Positions 1-9,356 of a DNA stretch of 64,000 nucleotides are shown here, piece by piece; the first letter of the stretch is position 1; the number at the start of each line of letters is the position of its first letter. The notes under the pieces are model-generated. The model had not been told where the DNA came from and ran no database searches. It worked only from the letters and a program-made list of their open reading frames with translations. This DNA comes from Pseudomonas sp. (lineage in GTDB: Bacteria; Pseudomonadota; Gammaproteobacteria; Pseudomonadales; Pseudomonadaceae): positions 34,081-98,080 of the forward strand of contig JAVESM010000008.1 of assembly GCA_034006605.1 (NCBI GenBank), read 5' to 3'. The position numbers and the translations under genes are program-made.

Positions 1-1080
1 AACAAAACCTTCAACCTCTACGCCTATGCCCCAACCGACTGGCTCGGTGGTTGGACGCTGCTGTACTGGGGTTGGTGGATGTCTTGGTCACCTTTTGTCG
101 GTATGTTTATCGCCCGCGTATCGCGCGGCCGTACCATCCGTCAATTTGTAACAGGTGTGCTACTGGTACCGACCGGCTTCACCCTAATTTGGATGACTGT
201 TTTCGGTAACAGCGCCATTTACTTGATCATGAAAGAAGGCATGACCAGCTTAGCTGAGACGGTCAGTGCCGACAGCTCCTTGGCACTCTTTGCCTTCTTA
301 GAGCACTTCCCCTTTTCCACTCTGTTGTCGATGGTGGCAGTGTGTATGGTCATACTGTTCTTTGTGACCTCAGCAGACTCAGGCTCATTAGTGATTGATA
401 TGCTGGCCTCCGGCGGCAAAACTCAAACACCGTTGTGGCAGCGCATTTTCTGGGCGTCATCCACCGGCATCGTGGCCATCACCCTGTTAATCAGTGGTGG
501 TTTAGGTGCATTACAAACCGCCACGATTGCCAGCGCTCTGCCGTTCTCCATCATTTTGTTGGTGGCCATTTGGGGCTTGTTTAAAGCGTTGCACATCGAC
601 TCAACCAAGCGCGTACTCAGGCAGCAAACCTCTGGGCACTCACGCCAGCAAAAAAATACCGGCGGCTGGCAACGGCGCTTGCGCAATATGGTGATGTTCC
701 CACGTCGTGCGCACGTCAACCGTTTCATTGATGAAGTGGTGCTGCCCGCCTTTGAATCAGTGGCAGAAGAGTTACGCAAGCAAGGTTATGCGGTAGAAGT
801 CGTCAGTCAAGACGATAAGCGTTGCAAAATTGAAGTGCAGCACAATGCTGAAGTGAACTTTGTTTACGAAGTGCGCCCACGTGCTTATGTGCAACCTGAT
901 TTTGTGATGCACAATGATGCTGACGATGACCGTGAAGAGCGTAAATATTTCCGCGCGGAAGTACATTTGCTCGAAGGCGGCCAAGATTACGACATCATGG
1001 GCTGGTCACGTGAAGAAGTGATTGACGACATCCTTGATCAGTATGAGCAGCACATGCACTTCTTGCACGTGGTGCGCTAA
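1..1080 (+). CDS. BCCT-family (betaine/carnitine/choline) transporter, 5' end cut by window edge
   Basis: Frame 1 is open from base 1. The translation ...DWLGGWTLLYWGWWMSWSPFVGMFIARVSRGRTIRQF carries the Trp-rich BCCT signature. More TM helices follow, then a hydrophilic tail of about 165 aa. Confidence 0.85.
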   Translation, partial: NKTFNLYAYAPTDWLGGWTLLYWGWWMSWSPFVGMFIARVSRGRTIRQFVTGVLLVPTGFTLIWMTVFGNSAIYLIMKEGMTSLAETVSADSSLALFAFLEHFPFSTLLSMVAVCMVILFFVTSADSGSLVIDMLASGGKTQTPLWQRIFWASSTGIVAITLLISGGLGALQTATIASALPFSIILLVAIWGLFKALHIDSTKRVLRQQTSGHSRQQKNTGGWQRRLRNMVMFPRRAHVNRFIDEVVLPAFESVAEELRKQGYAVEVVSQDDKRCKIEVQHNAEVNFVYEVRPRAYVQPDFVMHNDADDDREERKYFRAEVHLLEGGQDYDIMGWSREEVIDDILDQYEQHMHFLHVVR

Positions 1081-1089
1081 CGGTCCCTA

Positions 1090-1124
1090 ACAAGGCGCTC
1101 TACTTGAGTGCCTTGTCATTTTCG
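1090..1124 (+). terminator. putative intrinsic terminator after the BCCT gene
   Basis: Hairpin ACAAGGCGC...GTGCCTTGT (about 9 bp including one GU pair), followed by CATTTTCG. Coordinates hand-counted. Confidence 0.4.
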
Positions 1125-1227
1125 CAATGGATAGCAAACATCCGTCGCTCATTCAACCCCTATGAGCGCATCCTCGCAAAGCCACTTCAATGCTAGAATA
1201 ACCACCTTTAATAGCATCGGTCTGTCC

Positions 1228-3237
1228 ATGTCTAAGCTTAATCCTCGCCAACAAGAAGCAGTCAACTATATCAGCGGCCCCATGCTGGTACTGGCCGGTG
1301 CAGGCTCGGGCAAGACCAGTGTGATCACCCGAAAAATTGCCTATTTAATTCAGCAATGCGGTATCTCCGCACGGCATATTGTTGCGGTGACATTCACCAA
1401 TAAAGCCGCTCGCGAAATGAAAGAGCGGGTCTCTTCTTTATTACGCGGCGCTGAAGGTCATGGGCTAACCGTTTCAACCTTCCACAATTTGGGTTTAAAT
1501 ATCATCCGCCGTGAGCATGCGCTACTCGGTTACAAACCTGGCTTCTCGATTTTTGATGACTCTGATGTAAAAAGTTTACTCACCGATATCATGCAAAAAG
1601 AATACGCTGGCGATGACGGTGTCGATGAAGTTAAAAACCTAGTCAGCAATTGGAAGAATGATTTAATCCTACCCGAAGAGGCTTTAGAGCTGGCCCGTGG
1701 AGGTAAAGAGCAAACCGCCGCCATCGTCTACAGCCATTATCAGCGCACACTCAAAGCCTACAACGCAGTGGACTTTGACGATTTAATTTTCCAACCGGTA
1801 AAACTGTTTCAAAATCACCCTGACGTGCTGGATAAGTGGCGCAATCGCATTCGCTATATGTTGGTGGATGAATACCAAGACACTAATACCAGTCAGTATT
1901 TACTGGTTAAATTACTGGTCACCGAGCGTGCGCAGTTCACCGTAGTGGGCGATGATGACCAATCAATTTATGCTTGGCGTGGCGCGCGTCCAGAAAATCT
2001 GATGCAACTCAAAGAAGATTTCCCCTCATTAAAAATCGTTATGCTGGAGCAAAACTATCGCTCCACCAGTCGTATTCTTAAATGCGCCAATATTCTCATC
2101 GCCAACAACCCACATGTGTTTACCAAAGAGCTGTGGAGTGAGATGGGTCATGGCGACGAAATTCGCGTCATTCGTTGCCGCAACGAAGACGCCGAAGCCG
2201 AGCGCATTGCTATGGAAATCCTCACTGAGCATATGCGCACGCAGCGGCCTTATAGCGATTTTGCCATTTTGTACCGTGGCAACTATCAAGCCAAGATCAT
2301 GGAGCTGAAGCTGCAGGTACACAAAATCCCCTATCGTTTATCAGGAGGCACCAGCTTTTTTGGACGCCAGGAAGTGAAAGACTTGATGTCGTACTTCCGT
2401 TTACTGGTCAACCCGGACGATGACAATGCATTCTTACGCGTGATCAATGTGCCGCGCCGTGAGATTGGCTCAACCACCCTGGAAAAACTCAGCAGCTACG
2501 CCACGCAGCGACAAGTTTCGATGTATGAGGCCTGCGCTGAACTCGGTTTAGGTGAACATTTAAACGCCCGCTTCACTGAACGTTTAACCCGTTTTAAGCA
2601 TTATATGGACAAATTGCGCCAGCGCTGCTTTGCCGATGAACCCATTGCTGCACTGAAAGAAATGATCGTCGATATTGATTACGAAAACTGGATCAGGCAA
2701 AACAGCTCCAGTGAAAAAGCCTGCGAATACCGCATGAGCAATGTCTGGTTTCTCATTGATGCATTAAAAAACACTTTAGAGCGTGATGAAGAAGGTCAAA
2801 TGACCATCGAAGAGGCGATTGCCAAACTGGTGTTACGCGACATGCTCGAACGCCAAGAAGAAGATCAAGACGGTGCCGATGGTGTGCAGATGATGACCCT
2901 ACACGCCTCCAAGGGTCTGGAGTTTCCCAGTGTGTATATCATGGGCATGGAAGAAGAAATTCTCCCTCACCGTTCCAGCATTGAAGCGGATACGATAGAG
3001 GAAGAACGTCGCTTGGCCTATGTTGGTATCACTCGGGCACGGCGCAACTTGGCCTTTACCTTTGCCAGTAAACGCAAGCAATATGGTGAAATTATCGACT
3101 GCGTAGCCAGCCGTTTTCTTGAAGAATTACCGAGCGCAGATTTGCAGTGGGAAGGCCTTGAAGAAGCACCCGTGGAAGTTAAAGCGGCGCGGGGCAATAA
3201 TGCTTTAGCCGATATTCGCGCGATGCTAAAAAAATAA
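1228..3237 (+). CDS. rep: ATP-dependent DNA helicase Rep (SF1, UvrD/Rep family)
   Basis: MSKLNPRQQEAV N-terminus, Walker A AGAGSGKTSVIT, DExQ box LVDEYQDTN, QNYRST, TLHASKGLEFP and VGITRAR motifs. Length is 669 aa from the internal ATG at 1228. The ORF-track start at 1162 adds a non-conserved leader. Confidence 0.88.
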   Translation: MSKLNPRQQEAVNYISGPMLVLAGAGSGKTSVITRKIAYLIQQCGISARHIVAVTFTNKAAREMKERVSSLLRGAEGHGLTVSTFHNLGLNIIRREHALLGYKPGFSIFDDSDVKSLLTDIMQKEYAGDDGVDEVKNLVSNWKNDLILPEEALELARGGKEQTAAIVYSHYQRTLKAYNAVDFDDLIFQPVKLFQNHPDVLDKWRNRIRYMLVDEYQDTNTSQYLLVKLLVTERAQFTVVGDDDQSIYAWRGARPENLMQLKEDFPSLKIVMLEQNYRSTSRILKCANILIANNPHVFTKELWSEMGHGDEIRVIRCRNEDAEAERIAMEILTEHMRTQRPYSDFAILYRGNYQAKIMELKLQVHKIPYRLSGGTSFFGRQEVKDLMSYFRLLVNPDDDNAFLRVINVPRREIGSTTLEKLSSYATQRQVSMYEACAELGLGEHLNARFTERLTRFKHYMDKLRQRCFADEPIAALKEMIVDIDYENWIRQNSSSEKACEYRMSNVWFLIDALKNTLERDEEGQMTIEEAIAKLVLRDMLERQEEDQDGADGVQMMTLHASKGLEFPSVYIMGMEEEILPHRSSIEADTIEEERRLAYVGITRARRNLAFTFASKRKQYGEIIDCVASRFLEELPSADLQWEGLEEAPVEVKAARGNNALADIRAMLKK

Positions 3238-3265
3238 AAATAAAAATAGACTGAAAGAGAACTGT

Positions 3266-3988
3266 ATGCAGACCATTGAGCGAATTTATCCAAAGCAGCT
3301 TGATCAGCGCTGTGCTGATGATCAAAACACCCTGCGCATTCACCTAGAGCGCTACCAGTTCGCAGCACAGCATGCACAAGGCTCAAGCATTCTTGACATG
3401 GCCTGCGGCTGCGGTTATGGCACCTTTTTGTTAGCGCAACAGCATCCTGACAAGCAAGTAACAGGGGTGGATTTAGATCCACAGGCGATTGCTTATGCAC
3501 AACAACATTACCAGTGTGACAACTTAGAATTTATTTGTGCGAACGCCGAACAATTCAGTAGCGAACAGCCCTTTGATACCCTTGTCAGTCTAGAAACCCT
3601 TGAGCATCTTCCCTGCCCAACCCGCCTCGCTAAAAATCAGATCAAATTACTCAGTACAACCGGTCGCCTCATCGCTTCAGTGCCGATTACACCAACCCTC
3701 GACGGTAATCCACACCATTTGCATGATTTCAGCCAGCGCTCATTTTTACGTTTATTTGCTCAATTCAATTTGCACTCAATTGAGCACTTTGAGCAAATTC
3801 AATGGTGGCAGTTTAAATATTTATTTTCACGCCAACCGGATCTACAAAAGAAATATCGCTCACAAGGCGTGGGCAATGCCGTGGCATGCTATTACATAAA
3901 AAACCCGCTGTACTTGCTAAAACGCCTGTACTCTATGTTGCGTTACGGCTTCAGTAATCGTTACCTTACCTGTGTATTTACACGTTAA
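3266..3988 (+). CDS. class I SAM-dependent methyltransferase
   Basis: Motif I ILDMACGCGYG, a downstream acidic loop VTGVDLD, and a LETLEHL post-motif II region. Substrate is not inferable. Confidence 0.7.
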   Translation: MQTIERIYPKQLDQRCADDQNTLRIHLERYQFAAQHAQGSSILDMACGCGYGTFLLAQQHPDKQVTGVDLDPQAIAYAQQHYQCDNLEFICANAEQFSSEQPFDTLVSLETLEHLPCPTRLAKNQIKLLSTTGRLIASVPITPTLDGNPHHLHDFSQRSFLRLFAQFNLHSIEHFEQIQWWQFKYLFSRQPDLQKKYRSQGVGNAVACYYIKNPLYLLKRLYSMLRYGFSNRYLTCVFTR

Positions 3989-4125
3989 CAGCCTAAACCA
4001 GCGCCACTCAGAACAGTTGCAACCCGGCACACCTGTTCAGTTAAGTAGACGCATCAGTAGCTCAATTTTATAGTGCAATAAGGATCACGGTTATCACTCA
4101 AGCACACACCAAAAACCCTCTCAGT

Positions 4126-5310
4126 TTGCAGCTCATTATCCTCCTCGCGTCCCTTAGTGCTCTGGTGGCGGCGGCGATTGATATGTATTTACCCGCGTTT
4201 CCAACTGTCGCCACCAGCTTGAATATTAGCGCAGGCCAAGTACAACAAACCCTCACGGTGTTTTTGATTGGCTTAGGCATTGGTCAAGGCTTATATGGGC
4301 CGTTACTCGACCGTTTTGGACGACGCCCGCCACTGCTGATAGGTATCACCTTATTCAGCTTAGGCTCACTCGCTGCAGCGCTGACAACCAGCTTTGAAGG
4401 CTTACTGGTGGCGCGTTTTATACAAGCCATTGGCGCAGCCGCAGGCTCTGTTGCTTCACGTGCCGTAGTCACCGACACCTGCGACCCACAAAGCTCAGCA
4501 CGTATTTATTCGATGCTGATGCAAGTGATGATGATCGCACCGATTACCGCACCAATGCTTGGCGGCCTGATTCTACTGTATGGCGAATGGCATTTGATTT
4601 TCTGGGTGCTGGCTTTATTCGGGATTGTCTGCGGAATTTTTACCGTGCGTTTACTGCCAGAAACCTTACCCCTGGAGCGCCGTGTGCCGCTGTCGGTACA
4701 CAGTATTGTGCGCAATTACGCCATCCAGCTGAGTAACCCAAGCTTCTTCTTTTACACCTTAGCCACCAGCTGCACCCTTGGCTGCTTATTTATCTATATC
4801 AATAACTCGCCCTTTGTTTTTATTGAAATGTTTGCTTTAACACCTAATCAGTTCAGCTATATCTTTGCCGCCAACGCGCTGGTGATGATCGGTATCAGTC
4901 AAATCAACTTACGCTTATTAAAAATCTATAGCGTCGCGCGGGTGCTCTTTATCGGATTAGCCGGCTATATTGCTATTGGGGCGATGCTGCTAAGCTTGGT
5001 GCAGTTTGGCTGGGAGGCCTTGTGGAGCTATAGCATATTGCTTGGCTTAGGCATGGCCATGCTTGGTTTGATTACCGGAAACCTCACGGCCATGACCATG
5101 GCGCACACGCAGCAGCATGCAGGAATTGCTTCGGCACTGATGGGCTTAATTCAGTTCTTACTGGCAGCCACTATTGGTTACTTAGCTAGCATCGCTGCCG
5201 CACCCTCGCTGTATACCTTACCGGTCGCCTTAATGCTGCTTGGTTTTATCGCCATGGGCTTATGTATGATGGGCAGACACTTTGCACAACAAGCACCCCC
5301 TGATCCTTAA
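4126..5310 (+). CDS. MFS drug-resistance transporter, Bcr/CflA subfamily
   Basis: About 12 predicted TM helices. N-terminal AAIDMYLPAFP and MFS motif A GPLLDRFGRRP are typical of Bcr/CflA. TTG start. Confidence 0.8.
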   Translation: MQLIILLASLSALVAAAIDMYLPAFPTVATSLNISAGQVQQTLTVFLIGLGIGQGLYGPLLDRFGRRPPLLIGITLFSLGSLAAALTTSFEGLLVARFIQAIGAAAGSVASRAVVTDTCDPQSSARIYSMLMQVMMIAPITAPMLGGLILLYGEWHLIFWVLALFGIVCGIFTVRLLPETLPLERRVPLSVHSIVRNYAIQLSNPSFFFYTLATSCTLGCLFIYINNSPFVFIEMFALTPNQFSYIFAANALVMIGISQINLRLLKIYSVARVLFIGLAGYIAIGAMLLSLVQFGWEALWSYSILLGLGMAMLGLITGNLTAMTMAHTQQHAGIASALMGLIQFLLAATIGYLASIAAAPSLYTLPVALMLLGFIAMGLCMMGRHFAQQAPPDP

Positions 5311-5369
5311 TATGCACAGACCATAAAGCAACTCAGTGCAGCGGCCAAACAATAGGATGCGCAACGCTT

Positions 5370-7136
5370 ATGACAGTGGAAATTTTCCTAGTTTTGCTGA
5401 TCACCATGATGGCCATGGTGCTTTTTGTGAGCGAGAAGCTACGCATCGATGCCATTGCTATTTTGGTGCTGGTCAGTTTAACCCTGCTTGATTTAATCAG
5501 CCCCAGCCAAGCCCTCAGCGGCTTTAGTAACCAAGCCACCATCACTGTAGCCGCGATGTTTATTCTGGCCACGGGCTTACAAAATAGTGGCGCTCTATCG
5601 GGCATACAGAAGCTACTGGGAGCAGCACGCTCTCCGCTGCAATTTCTCCTGATGCTGTTTGGCTTAATCATTCTAATCGCGCCCTTTGTCAACAACACTG
5701 CGGTCGTTGCGATTTTTATTCCTATCGTTATTGGAGCCAGTTTAAAAATAGGCCTAGCCCCCTCAAAAACTTTGATTCCACTCTCATACGTCGCACAGAT
5801 GGCAGGAGTCTTTACCCTAATCGGTTCTTCGACCAATCTACTGGTGAACTCAATCGCTAAAGACTTGGGGCATCCGGGTTTTAGCATGTTTGAGTTTTTG
5901 CCTTTAGCGGCGATTTGCGCCGTGGCAGGCTGCCTGTATTTACTCACCTTTGGGCGCTGGTTATTACCTGATGTACGCAGTGCCGACTTGGAAAACCTCT
6001 ATGAGTTTGGTCACTACATTAGCGAATTGAAAGTGACTGCTGATTCCAAATTACTCGGCAGCACAGTCGAGCAAGCGCAGCTCAGTAAACATTACAACGT
6101 GTATGTGCTGGAGTTACTGCGCAATGGCGAAAAGTATTGGTCGCCGCGCTCAGAAGAGTTACAAGAAGGCGATATTTTACTGACGCGTGGTGTCTGGTCT
6201 GATCTTGAAACACTCAAAGATGAGCAAAAACTCGATTTCAACACCCAAACTGATTTCCAGCTCAAAGGTGCAAAGCAAGAAAAATCTGTCTTAGCTGAAG
6301 TGATGATCGCTCCACAGTCGCGTGCGGCAGGCCGCCTGTTGGCTGTACTGAATCGAAGCTGGCGATACAATGCGTCAGTAATGGGCGTGCAACGGCGCGG
6401 TCAGGTGGTGCGCAATCAGCTGAATAATTTACGTCTGCGGATTGGCGATATTTTGCTGCTGGCGTTACCGGAAAAAGACCTTACGGCACTGCGCAAAGAT
6501 AAAAGCGTCATCGTGATTTCCCAGCGTGAAGCCGCGCAGAATTATGGCTGGCGTGCGCCTTTTGCCGTGGCGACTATGGCCATCGTAGTAACCGTCTCGG
6601 CAATGGGCTGGCTACCGATCGCACTTTCCGCACTGACTGGCGCCGTCGCGATGACTCTAGCAGGCTGTATTCATGCCGATGATGTGTATGAAAGTACCGA
6701 CTGGTCGATTGTGATCTTAATCGCAGGGCTTTTGCCGCTTGGGATTGCCATGAGCAGCAGCGGCGCAGCACAGTTCTTGGTGGATAACAGCATCGGCTTG
6801 GTCAGCCACTTAGGTCCACACGTAGTGCTCGCTGTGCTCTACTTGATGGCTCTGGTTCTGGGTGAGCTGATGAGTAACTCAGCAGCAGCGGTTCTGTTAA
6901 CGCCCATCGGTTTTTCTACCGCGCAATTGATGGGGGCTGACGCAACACCCTTTTTAATTGCAATTACTTTTGCTGCATCGACCAGTTTTATGACCCCGGT
7001 GGGTTACCAAACCAATATGATGGTCTATAACGCGGGAGGCTATAAGTTTAGCGACTTCATTAAAGTCGGTTTACCGCTCAATACAATTTTCTGTGTGTTG
7101 GGGGTGATTTTCATTCCTATTTTCTGGCCATTTTAA
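5370..7136 (+). CDS. SLC13/DASS-type permease with two central TrkA-C (RCK C-terminal) domains
   Basis: 588 aa. Hydrophobic N- and C-terminal transporter halves flank a soluble region of about 200 aa with two repeats (...GDILLTRG... and ...GDILLLALP...), as in TrkA-C-containing SLC13 permeases. Confidence 0.8.
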   Translation: MTVEIFLVLLITMMAMVLFVSEKLRIDAIAILVLVSLTLLDLISPSQALSGFSNQATITVAAMFILATGLQNSGALSGIQKLLGAARSPLQFLLMLFGLIILIAPFVNNTAVVAIFIPIVIGASLKIGLAPSKTLIPLSYVAQMAGVFTLIGSSTNLLVNSIAKDLGHPGFSMFEFLPLAAICAVAGCLYLLTFGRWLLPDVRSADLENLYEFGHYISELKVTADSKLLGSTVEQAQLSKHYNVYVLELLRNGEKYWSPRSEELQEGDILLTRGVWSDLETLKDEQKLDFNTQTDFQLKGAKQEKSVLAEVMIAPQSRAAGRLLAVLNRSWRYNASVMGVQRRGQVVRNQLNNLRLRIGDILLLALPEKDLTALRKDKSVIVISQREAAQNYGWRAPFAVATMAIVVTVSAMGWLPIALSALTGAVAMTLAGCIHADDVYESTDWSIVILIAGLLPLGIAMSSSGAAQFLVDNSIGLVSHLGPHVVLAVLYLMALVLGELMSNSAAAVLLTPIGFSTAQLMGADATPFLIAITFAASTSFMTPVGYQTNMMVYNAGGYKFSDFIKVGLPLNTIFCVLGVIFIPIFWPF

Positions 7137-7205
7137 CAAGCCCTGAAGCCGTTCATAGTTCATCGCTCTATGAATGAGAATCCTTTTATTAGCGAGGAGT
7201 AAAGC

Positions 7206-7418
7206 GTGAACAAGCCGGATCTAAAAAAAGAGTTCCGCGACGTTTGGAATGAATTTAATCAGCTGATTATTAAATTCACCCCAAATTTTATTTATGCAAT
7301 TTACCAAAATAAACCTCTATTTTGGCTACTGGTAATCTTCGCAATCACCCTAGAAATCGTTATAGGTTTCTGGGTTTATGGTAATTGGATTGCACCTCAA
7401 AGTGAGATAACAAAATGA
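7206..7418 (+). CDS. small hypothetical membrane protein (70 aa, one TM helix)
   Basis: GTG start 7 nt after GAGGAG. Hydrophobic helix LFWLLVIFAITLEIVIGFWVY. The stop overlaps the next start (ATGA at 7415-7418). I recognise no family. Confidence 0.5.
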   Translation: MNKPDLKKEFRDVWNEFNQLIIKFTPNFIYAIYQNKPLFWLLVIFAITLEIVIGFWVYGNWIAPQSEITK

Positions 7419-8227
7419 TCCGTATACTTTTATTTGTCATGCTATTTATTATTTACATAGCATTTAAAATCATACAGAAAGCGGCACAGACAACCATTGA
7501 CACTGGCAAAGACGCATACGAGTCAATAAGAAGCAGTAACAGTTTTGAAGAAGCCTATCGTAACTTTTCAACCAGCAGGTTTGCTCGCGCACGATTAGGC
7601 ATACCTGAAGAAGTGATTGCGTTAATGGCCAAAGTTTCTATCAGTGACGGCAAGGTCAGTGAGCTTGAAGTTGAATATATGAGCGATATGGTTAAAGCGA
7701 TTGCCGCCGCCATGCTCGCGTCCGGGATGAATGAGCAAGTTGTTGCGGAAGTGAAAACTCGCTTATTTGAGTTAGCCAATCAGGCTAAAAAAGATACAAA
7801 TCCAATTTCGTTTTATTGTGCCGAGCTATCTCAATCCAGCAAAGAAATTAGAATACGGGCTTTTATGCAAATATTATCATTTGCCAGTCTTGATGGCCTA
7901 TCAAGCAAGACCTCCGCCTTACTGTATGAGATCGGAACATGTTTAAGGTTTACTACAGAAGAACTCAACCACTTCATTAACAGCCTTACAGGTCAAAAAG
8001 CCGCACAAGATAGCTCTGCAAAAAACCCATATCAAGTACTAGGCTGTAGTGAATCTGATGACTTCAGTGTCATAAAACAAGCTTATCGTCGCTTAGTTAA
8101 GCAGCACCATCCGGATTATATGCATAGCAAAGGGCTGGACGACAGTGAGATTCGCAAGGCCACTGAAAAAATGCAGGAAATCAATAATGCTTACGAAGAA
8201 ATAAAAAAAAGAAAACCCTTTCCCTAA
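7415..8227 (+). CDS. membrane-anchored TerB-like / J-domain co-chaperone (DjlA-like)
   Basis: N-terminal TM helix (ILLFVMLFIIYIAFKII) and two TerB-like half repeats (ISDGKVSELEVEYMSDMV; ASLDGLSSKTSALLYEIG). The C-terminal J domain has HPD (YRRLVKQHHPDYM). The tail KGLDDSEIRKATEKMQEINNAYEEIKKRK parallels E. coli DjlA. Confidence 0.75.
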   Translation: MIRILLFVMLFIIYIAFKIIQKAAQTTIDTGKDAYESIRSSNSFEEAYRNFSTSRFARARLGIPEEVIALMAKVSISDGKVSELEVEYMSDMVKAIAAAMLASGMNEQVVAEVKTRLFELANQAKKDTNPISFYCAELSQSSKEIRIRAFMQILSFASLDGLSSKTSALLYEIGTCLRFTTEELNHFINSLTGQKAAQDSSAKNPYQVLGCSESDDFSVIKQAYRRLVKQHHPDYMHSKGLDDSEIRKATEKMQEINNAYEEIKKRKPFP

Positions 8228-8321
8228 ACTTTCCAGCAGATACACCACCTCATATTTAGAACATTGCGCACCCTGTCGCTTATTTTCTAAGACGTTAATT
8301 GAGTAGTACTTCGGCAATAAA

Positions 8322-8347
8322 AAAGGCGACTTCTTCAAGTCGCCTTT
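8322..8347. terminator. bidirectional intrinsic terminator (strong for rpoH)
   Basis: 11-bp stem AAAGGCGACTT / AAGTCGCCTTT with a CTTC loop. On the minus strand it is followed by TTTTTTATT. It lies between the convergent DjlA-like gene and rpoH. Confidence 0.7.
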
Positions 8348-8368
8348 GCTTATTACTCGGTCTAAATA

Positions 8369-9229
8369 TTAAGCAGCAATACTGCCTTTAAGCTTATTCA
8401 TTGCATTTTTTTCAAGCTGACGAATGCGCTCAGCCGATACACCATACTGTGCAGCAAGATCATGCAACGTGACTTTTTCATCCGATAACCAACGCTGCTG
8501 CAGAATATCGCGGCTGCGCTCGTCAAGCTGACTCAGAGCCTCATGCAAGTTGCTGCTGGAGTTCTCAGACTGATCAGACGCTTCCAGCTGCAAGGCGGGA
8601 TCATAAGTATGATCTTCCAAATAATTAGCAGGCGATTGATAGGCGCTTTCATCATCGTCACTATCAGACGGATCAAACGACATGTCATGACCCGTTAAAC
8701 GGCTTTCCATTTCACGCACTTCACGCGCTTCCACACCTAAAGAGTCAGCTACAGCAGTGACCTCATCGTTGGTCAGCCACGCTAAGCGTTTTTTCTGACT
8801 GCGCAAGTTAAAGAATAATTTACGCTGTGCTTTAGTGGTGGCGACTTTAACAATGCGCCAGTTACGTAACACGTACTCGTGAATCTCCGCCTTAATCCAA
8901 TGCACGGCAAATGACACTAAGCGCACGCCCATTTCTGGGTTAAAACGCTTCACAGCTTTCATCAAGCCAACATTACCTTCTTGGATTAAGTCGCCTTGCG
9001 GTAAGCCATAGCCTGAATAGCTTCTCGCGATATGTACGACAAAACGCAAATGTGCCATCACCATTTGGCGGGCAGCATCTAAATCTTGGTGATAATACAA
9101 GCGCTCACCTAAGTCACGCTCTTGCTCAACAGAGAGCAGCGGAATAGCGTTAACTGAATGTACATAAGCCTGCAGGTTCGCGCCAGGGCTTAACATGTGA
9201 GCCGTTTGTAATGCAGTCGTGGTGGTCAT
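8369..9229 (-). CDS. rpoH: RNA polymerase heat-shock sigma factor RpoH (sigma-32)
   Basis: 286 aa with sigma-70 regions 2-4 and the RpoH box [14 protein letters not shown] lies upstream of the ATG. Followed by ftsX-ftsE-ftsY as in Pseudomonas. Confidence 0.95.
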   Translation of the reverse strand: MTTTTALQTAHMLSPGANLQAYVHSVNAIPLLSVEQERDLGERLYYHQDLDAARQMVMAHLRFVVHIARSYSGYGLPQGDLIQEGNVGLMKAVKRFNPEMGVRLVSFAVHWIKAEIHEYVLRNWRIVKVATTKAQRKLFFNLRSQKKRLAWLTNDEVTAVADSLGVEAREVREMESRLTGHDMSFDPSDSDDDESAYQSPANYLEDHTYDPALQLEASDQSENSSSNLHEALSQLDERSRDILQQRWLSDEKVTLHDLAAQYGVSAERIRQLEKNAMNKLKGSIAA

Positions 9230-9275
9230 AAATATCCTCCAACGGGTGACAATATCTTCAAAATACTATTGATTA

Positions 9276-9303
9276 TAAGACGCTAATTTAACCATAAAGT
9301 TCC
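9276..9303 (-). promoter_or_regulatory. sigma-E (AlgU/RpoE)-type promoter upstream of rpoH
   Basis: The minus strand reads GGAACTT-N16-TCTTA (GGAACTTTATGGTTAAATTAGCGTCTTATAA). This closely parallels my memory of the E. coli rpoH P3 sequence, GAACTT-N16-TCTGA. Confidence 0.55.
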
Positions 9304-9356
9304 CTTCAGTAGGGCTTTAAAATATGCTGAAACACTTACCCTAGAGCGCTTTGCAA

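Noticed and set aside
1-1080. Long (about 165 aa) hydrophilic C-terminal tail on the BCCT transporter.
   Set aside because: Extended cytoplasmic C-terminal domains are a known feature of BetT-type osmoregulated BCCT carriers, so this is not unusual.
1162-1227. N-terminal extensions given by the ORF track for rep. The same applies to gmk (33076), rpoZ (33833), ridA (36303), recG (38603), ubiI (28155), ccoN (44806), the COG0523 gene (44093) and the HlyD gene (22443).
   Set aside because: In each case a downstream ATG reproduces the conserved family N-terminus. The extension would also overlap the preceding gene or a spacer without an SD.
3229-3250. (AAAAAT)3-like A-rich tract right after the rep stop codon.
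   Set aside because: It is a short, low-complexity tract with no hairpin or flanking repeats. It is most simply an AT-rich spacer or UP-like element for the downstream methyltransferase gene, and not enough evidence for a feature.
5333-5947. 204-aa ORF antisense to the start of the SLC13 permease gene. Similar long antisense ORFs occur at 3018-3500, 11252-11659, 13519-13986, 17546-18067, 19571-20077 and 23041-23538.
   Set aside because: Each lies entirely opposite a gene with strong family motifs. Their translations are low-complexity (Ser/Ala/Arg/Pro-rich), lack SD sequences and resemble no family. These are typical shadow ORFs.
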